From contig NIVC01001242.1 of NCBI GenBank assembly GCA_002269645.1, positions 1 through 64,000 of the forward strand: 64,000 bases of DNA, in the 5' to 3' direction. The translations under genes were made by a program, and so were the position numbers. The first letter of the stretch is position 1. Each line of letters opens with the position of its first letter. The notes beneath the pieces are model-generated. The model searched no databases. It was not told the DNA's origin and was given only the letters and a program-made list of their open reading frames with translations. Source of the stretch: Macrostomum lignano (Eukaryota). Shown here piece after piece: positions 57,501-64,000 of the stretch.

Positions 57501-60500
57501 AGCTTTGACTGTATCTGCAGTTATTTGTTGCAACCATCAGAGTAATGGTAAATGTTGCAAAATTTAGAAAGCCTATGTGCAAAAAGAACCTTAGAAAAAT
57601 TATCTCGATAAATTAATTTTATGAGCATATCTGTTCACCTACGTTTCATTGCCATCAAGACAGCGGCCGTCATTGAGACAGGCGCCGTAGAAACAGTTAT
57701 TGTGATCGACGTTGCAGTTCCTGCCTTGCCAGCCTCGGTAGCAGCTGCAGCTGTAGTCATTCACCAAGTCTGAGCACAGCCCGTTTATACATGGGTGACT
57801 TGCGCAGTTGTTGATGTCGATTTCGCAGTGTCTGCCTAGTTTTTTTTAATTAAAAGTACAAGCATTCGTTAGGCATTTAACAAGATTGCTGCTTATTGTT
57901 ATCACTTGGATTCAACAGTGGGTGGCAACGAGACGCCCATGACTTTTATCAGGAGTATCAGAGCGGTAGCCATAGTGACCCTTTTGGGAGTCATGGCTGA
58001 TTTAGTAAGCAATGCTACCTACAGGAAAATCCGCAGTGAGAAATACCAATTCTGCCTTTCAGGTGGTGAGAATGTGGAGTCTTTCATCTATGGCTGCCCC
58101 ACCTTTACTCGGGACAGGCTCGCCTACATCGGCTAAAATCCGGATGCTTTCGACGATTGTAAAGATAGTAATTTGCTATGTCCTACAGGCGGTATGGACT
58201 GTCCTGGAATGTCCCATGTCCTACAGGCGGTATGGACTGTCCTGGAATGTCCCATGTCCTACAGGCGGTATGGACTGTCCTGGAATGTCCCATGTCCTAC
58301 AGGCGGTATGGACTGTCCTGGAATGTCCCATGTCCTACAGGCGGTATGGACTGTCCTGGAATGTCCCATGTCCTACAGGCGGTATGTCCTGCAGGCTCGT
58401 TCACAACCGGCGCGAAAAGCCATCCACCTGCTGAACTCTCCGAATGGGACTGCGCTGCTGACACCGGCACCACAGGATCTCCCTGCGTGACGGCGCCGCA
58501 CTAGCGGTGGCAGGTGAGTCAAGATGATCAATAATAAAATTCTATGCAATTTACAGCCATCGATTCCAGTTTTGGCTCATAAAAACTTACCTTCAAACCC
58601 GGTCACACAAATGCAGGAGTAGTTCGAGCTGCCAACTTTGCTCGTGCAGGTGCCCCGTTTTGACATTTGAGTCCGTAAAGACTTGGGTCGCAGGGTGCCG
58701 GCTCCAGGCCAGCAGCAAGAACAAACGGATATTGGTTAAAGGCCAGCAAGAAAAAAAGACACCATGCAAATCACCTGCAATTTTAAATGAAGAAAAATCT
58801 AAGAAGTTAAAGCGCGTGATAATGTTTAAATTATATATTTTCCTATCCGAGTACAGTTACTTCTGTTTCTAATACATCAAATGTTATTTGAATGCTGGGT
58901 TTTTAGAAGATCAAAAACTTTTTAATTTGATTTGTTTAAATAACTTTAATTAACTAATTGTGATTAATATAGCTATGAAGCTTTTTTGCCTGGGCCTGAA
59001 ATTTATAGCCCTAAATTCACGGAGCGGAATTATTAAACCAATGTATTCTCTGAAAAAGTAAGGACACAAATTCTATGTCGAAAATATTCACCTTTTCCAT
59101 GTTTCTTCTCAGTGTCATTGACTTGTTTATGCCTCAGACTAAGCAGAATATCCACTAATAAATAGAAGCAGGTTAAAAAAGAATACTTGCCTAACTAGAA
59201 ACATTACAACTTGAAATGAGGTACAATAATATTTTTATACCTTCTTCAGTATGACTCTGATCTTTTTATGAAACAGAGATTCTGCTTATAAGAACATGGG
59301 TTCACTAGTGTACACTGTAGAAAACGCCACTGTACGCTGCACGGAAATTCCATGGAAATTCCGTAGACATTTGGGTATGAAATTTTTTGCATACACAGAC
59401 TATGTACTGTGTATCTATGTACTGTGTACTGTGAAAGGATTCGAAAGGAAAACAATCAGAACATTGAGTTTAACTGCTGCTGCGCGAATGCCGTCGTGGC
59501 TGGCTTTTGTGGTGACTCCAACCGGGCAGTTAACAACAAATATTTTACAAGGGTGAGAATTGACTTTTTACTCGTAGCTTTTCCGTATTTTAATTTTAAA
59601 GCGATGGCTTGGATTACGGGGAGGGAAAAATGAAAACAAATCGTCAGAGCTGGAGGAATTCTGAGAGTTGATTGATGACGCATCTGAGAGGATGGAATGG
59701 TCTTGTGAGTTGGTGGATGAGCTCTGTAAGATGGTGGATGGGATCTGTGAGATGGTGGATGAGATCAGTGAGGTGGCTGATTGTATGGAATGACATTGGT
59801 TTTCTGAGCCAGACAATCAGATAAGATTAGGCCATTTTTCCGAAGCGATTTTTAGCTTTGGTACAAGCCTACTCGTATTATGTTTTTTTGATATATATTT
59901 TGATTAAATTTCACGAAAAAAATATTTTAGTTAAAATAATTTTAGACAGCCTTTACTGTTTAATTAAGTTAAGCTGTTTCAATTTTACAAAGTGATGTAA
60001 CCACGCTCTGGTCGCGGGATAGGGCATGGGAACTTTTTCGAAAGTGCCTCCTATCCCGTGCACCCTCTGCACAGAGCTGTCGAGACTCGGCCAGGTCTCC
60101 GCCCAGGCCTGGAGACTCCCGCTCTGCTGCACCCCTCCTACTGCCTTGGTTCCGTCTCCCCTGCCGCCACACCTGCCTTTCCGGAGCTCCCCACCCCTCT
60201 CTGTACCTCCCCTCTACCCTATCTCTTCTGCCTCCCACCCTATTCTTCTTGTACTTTCCCTTTCCCCCCTCTTTTTGTCTCTCTCTGCACTCTTTTCCTG
60301 CGCTGTCCCCTCTTTCCCTGTGTCTACTTACAGTACTTTGTGTGCTCACCGTCTCCCCATCCCCTCTCAAACTCCCAAACGGTGACGCAAGTCGTGTGAC
60401 CCCTTCTCCCCCTCGGTGACTCATCGATGACTCACCCCTCTCTCTTGCGCAACCTTTTCTCACGCTATTGTTCTCCTTCCCAAATTTCTCATGTGACACC

Positions 60501-61230
60501 CACCCCACCTCCGCTTCTATTGTTCTCGTTTTTTGATTCTTTTGTTCTCTCGACCCCACCAATTATCACATTTTCTCCGATTTTCTCTTTCTTTTGTTCT
60601 CGTTTTCGCACCTAATTATCACCTTTTCTCCAATGTTTACTTTTCCATTGTTCTCAGTTTTCCCCAATTATCCCAGATTTCCAATTCCTTTGTTCTCGAC
60701 CCCAGCCCTATTGTTCTCAATGTTTGCTTGCGCAACACTTTCGCGACCACCCGCTGCGCCAATTATCCCCCACCCCACCTCCGGATTGCGCAATTTCCCT
60801 ATTTCTCATGTTGCTATGCCGGTCTCATGCTTCTCATCATGACTCATTCTGACGTCATTCTGCCGGCAGCCGATCAGAGAGAGGGAACCATGGTAACGAC
60901 CTTGAGGAGGCGGCTGTGAGGTCTATAAAAGGAAGCGATTTCGGCATGAGAATCCTCAACTTTTGCCCACCTTCGGGCTCCTAGTCTTTCTTTAGACTTG
61001 CCGTCAGACTGAGTTCTGACCCATTCGTCTATTAGACGAATCCCTGCCGGTCCGCGGTCTGTTACCGTCAAGTTATCCTTAGCTCCCCAAGCGAGCTCGC
61101 CTATCGGCCAGCGGTCTGATACCGCCCAGCATCATCAGCATCGCCTGATCTACATCAGCGCCTCGCCGCTCCAGCGCATCGCCGCTTCACTGTCTGCCTG
61201 ACTGCAGCCTACAGCCACCCTCGGTCACTC

Positions 61231-61267
<37 letters not shown>

Positions 61268-62972
61268 AGCTGCCGGTAAGTTCCTGTTACTAATTTGTGC
61301 TCCAATTGCCTTTGCTTATCCGGGGTTTGCCTATTTTCCATTGTCTGATTAGAGAGCTGAGCCAATTGTGATACCGCATCTTTTGCTGTATTTTACTCAA
61401 TAGTGAAGCCGCCTAATTGCCTGATTATTCGCCTAAGGGCCTAATTATTAACTATTAACTAACTTCATCATTATTCAATCTTTCACCATCATTTAACTCA
61501 TGGCTTGCTAAGCCTTTCTCCCGGGGTGGCAAAGCATAAGGAGTTTGGGTAAGCTAATGGCCTCTCCCCGTGCAAAGCCCGCCTGTGAGTGCGTGCTGCG
61601 GGGCCGCGTGTGCGTGCAGTAGAGGGATTAGCGAGTCTTGGCACAGAATGGCAGTAGGAAGGTTGCACCCCCATGCTAACGTGTCCCTTCGCCCTGAGCA
61701 ATCTAAACTGGAGACAGTACATGTTCGCCTCATACTACTCTTAGTAATCAAAGTCGCAAGTCAGCCTCGCTCACAGCCACAAAGGATCCCCTGCTGAGAA
61801 ATCCTCCAGGATTGAGCCCAGAGTTCCCGATCATGCCCCAAGCAGAGTCCCTGAACTCGGCTGCATGCGTCTCCCCTGTTAGCCTAAATCCCCTGGTAAC
61901 CAATCCAGGCGGGGCTCTAGCCTCGAGAGGTCTGGTAGAAAGATCCAGGTGCGCCAGGTCACATAGAGTGGTGGCAGCCACTCGGTCATACCATGACCGA
62001 GTGACCAACTATTGCACCTTGGCTACAGGTGGGGTCCATGTGGGTCCTTGGCCCTCTGGTCACGAAGCGCTACCAAAGCTACTAATCATGTGGGCGGGAC
62101 AGTCTGGTGCTGGAGGTCCGTCAGGTCATTGCCCGGTCATAGGCAGCCTACGGTCATTGCCCCTCTAGCCAAGTGTTCGTCTCTCAATAGGAGCGGACAG
62201 GCGACAAGGGCGGTTACATCAAAAGCTATTTTGATATTACTAGGTTTTTTAATTTTTAAAGTTTTTCATTTTGATTTACAGCGGGTCACCCACCTGTGTA
62301 GCCGTAAACGCAGCTGCAGTGATACCAGGGGCTCGCGTCTGTGTTGCTGCAGGTGCCTCCGTTTTGGCAGGGATTGCTTGATGAAGTGCTGCCATCGGAG
62401 GTTGTAGCACAAAAGTTTATTCTAACAGTGCAATATGTACCAGTGTACGCCTCAGTGCACAGACACGGAGGAGTGCTTGACGTCACAGGACCCGGCCAGC
62501 AAGTCCCGCCATTCTTGCAGTCGCCCTCGCTGCAGGCGGCTCGCCTCGTCCGCGCCAATTCGTTGGCGTCCTCGTCAGAACCTTCATATTGAAAATCAGT
62601 GGTGGAAAAATTATATTCATAAAGCTAAAGTTATTAACAGGCATTTAAGCGTGAGAAGAATAATTACTATTGGCAACAGAATTTTCATGAATTCATAACA
62701 CCTAAATATCATAACATCATTCCATAACATTTAAATTTCATAACGTCTAAACTTCAACTGTGTTGGGAATCGTTAATGAAAATCCTAATTTCCTGTAACG
62801 GCAAGTTCATTGGCGGTAAAATGAAAAAAACCTTTTCTTCATGCGAACTTGGCTTACCTGAACCTCCTATCGCTTCATTTACACACAAAATTGACGATAA
62901 ACCGATCATAATTAGCATCCTTATGATTTTTTGCCTCGGATTAACCCGCTGCTGAAGCACTCCAGATGTCAT
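51586..62972 (-). CDS. Crumbs-derived EGF/LamG receptor E with tyrosine-motif cytoplasmic tail (867 aa if the frameshifted cassette exon is skipped)
   Basis: Exons 62858-62972 (signal peptide), 62294-62581, 57643-57835, 57226-57453, [56642-56985, phase 2-2, -1 frameshift at 56869-56871], 56074-56560, 55452-56005, 55130-55347, 54405-54550 ([30 protein letters not shown]), 52061-52150, 51910-51963, 51586-51816. Without the bracketed exon the total is 2604 nt in frame. The tail exons were linked by splice-site and phase logic only. Confidence 0.7.
52342..54311 (+). repeat. 15-bp satellite, array 4, inside an intron of gene E
   Basis: About 2 kb; GGCGCC, then TTGCGCC, then AAAGCC variants. Confidence 0.95.
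58010..58510 (+). mobile_element. Same LINE family fragment in gene E, containing a 38-bp tandem expansion
   Basis: [23 protein letters not shown]; unit TGTCCTACAGGCGGTATGGACTGTCCTGGAATGTCCCA x5.5 at 58179-58386. Confidence 0.65.
58591..58765 (-). pseudogene. Signal-peptide plus single-EGF exon (possible alternative first exon of gene E) with two compensating homopolymer indels
   Basis: Conceptual translation [58 protein letters not shown](G) needs -1 in the A-run 58751-58757 and +1 in the C-run 58653-58656. As written there is a TAA at 58736-58738. Phase-1 GTAAGT donor follows. Confidence 0.55.
59993..62221 (+). mobile_element. Probable solo LTR (2229 bp) in an intron of gene E
   Basis: Termini TGATGTAACC...GGTTACATCA (TG..CA, 10-bp inverted), 4-bp TSD AAAG at 59989-59992 and 62222-62225, TATAAAA at 60924-60930, (CT)n tract near 61233-61262, no long ORF. 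Confidence 0.7.
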
Positions 62973-63634
62973 CCTACAAGCTTTAGAGGTGAAAAAGTAG
63001 CTGTCTTAGGTAGTCAAACAGCAATCTTCATCGAATGTACTCATAAGTGTACAAACGCAGTGAATAATTTCAAGCGATATATAAATATGAATTTAAATGT
63101 ATCTATAAATTGGAGTTGGGGTCGATTCTCAGGAAACTATTGAGTGCAGCCTTTAAACCTTCAGTGTAAATGGTTCAAAATGTAATCCATGTGCTCAGGG
63201 TAGGTTTAAATTTAAAACAATTCACAGCGCACTCACTAGTTTTGTTGCTCAGCTCAAATTATGCAAATATTGCTGATGAATCACCTGCCACTGATAAGTC
63301 ACGGATATTGTTGGGCTTTCAGATTAGATAATAGTGAAGTGATAGGTCGCATAGTCTTGAAGGGAGCTTCCACCTGAATCTTGTATTTATTGAGTTTATA
63401 TGGAATTTACACTAAGGTGAACTTCGCTTATTTCACACTAGACATAAATAACTACATGAAGAATTACTCATTACATTTGCATTCCTTATCTACTTATAAA
63501 ATTTATTTCTATATACACTGTAAAATCTATGCTTTCATTCCGTAGCTAAATTAAGCAACAAGTCTCGCATCAGGCTAAATGCGTGCCTAAATTGCCTGTT
63601 ATTTAGGTAATCTATTTTTAGAAAAAAAGCAAGA

Positions 63635-63803
63635 TGTAAGTTCCCGGCGGGAAATTCTAGGGCTGTGTGAGCTCTCTGCTGTGTGAGCTTGTGTGATCTT
63701 GTGTGAGCGTGTGTGTCATTCACGCGATATGATTCATACCGTAACTTTCTGTGTGCGATTAGAAAGCTCACACGGCCCCCAAATTTCCCAGCGGGAATTT
63801 ACA
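63635..63803. repeat. Short inverted-repeat (MITE-like) element upstream of gene E
   Basis: TGTAAGTTCCCGGCGGGAAATTCTAGGGCTGTGTGAGC pairs with GCTCACACGGCCCCCAAATTTCCCAGCGGGAATTTACA; no TSD identified. Confidence 0.5.
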
Positions 63804-64000
63804 CTCCTATTCAGAAAAGAGGAACACAGTTTTAACAAATAATATTTTCATTGAGCTTAGCAGCAAAGCTGCAATCGATAACGTCCCAGGAATTTGAGCA
63901 ATCGCAATCGATTCCACGGACCTCATATAGATGCCAAAGCTGGTGAAGTATTCTGGGGTGCTCCACTATTTGAGCACATCTAATAGCAACCCAAATGCAT

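Overview
Animal (intron-containing) genomic DNA with GC-rich exons, AT-rich introns and many minisatellites. The style suggests an invertebrate such as a Macrostomum-like flatworm, but that is only a guess. The window holds the 3' half of a canonical Crumbs gene (gene A, + strand; 3 LamG domains, TM, GTYxPSxxE FERM-binding motif, C-terminal ERLI). Facing it tail-to-tail is a - strand tandem array of Crumbs-derived receptor genes (B, C, D, E, plus a relic F), reconstructed here by hand from splice sites and exon phases. The paralogs keep Crumbs EGF/LamG ectodomain exons in shuffled, deleted or mosaic form but have replaced the polarity tail. B, C and D end in a new conserved tail ([24 protein letters not shown]). 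E ends in a multi-exon, tyrosine-rich tail with an ITIM-consensus motif. Also present: an intact 7SL (SRP) RNA gene and a decayed copy, a 4.1-kb element with 400-bp TIRs and a 6-bp TSD, a 2.2-kb solo LTR, a Penelope-like fragment with a hammerhead-like motif, LINE fragments, tRNA-derived SINEs, several MITEs and many tandem repeats. Most long ORFs in the supplied track are antisense shadows or satellite artefacts. All gene models are predictions without transcript support.
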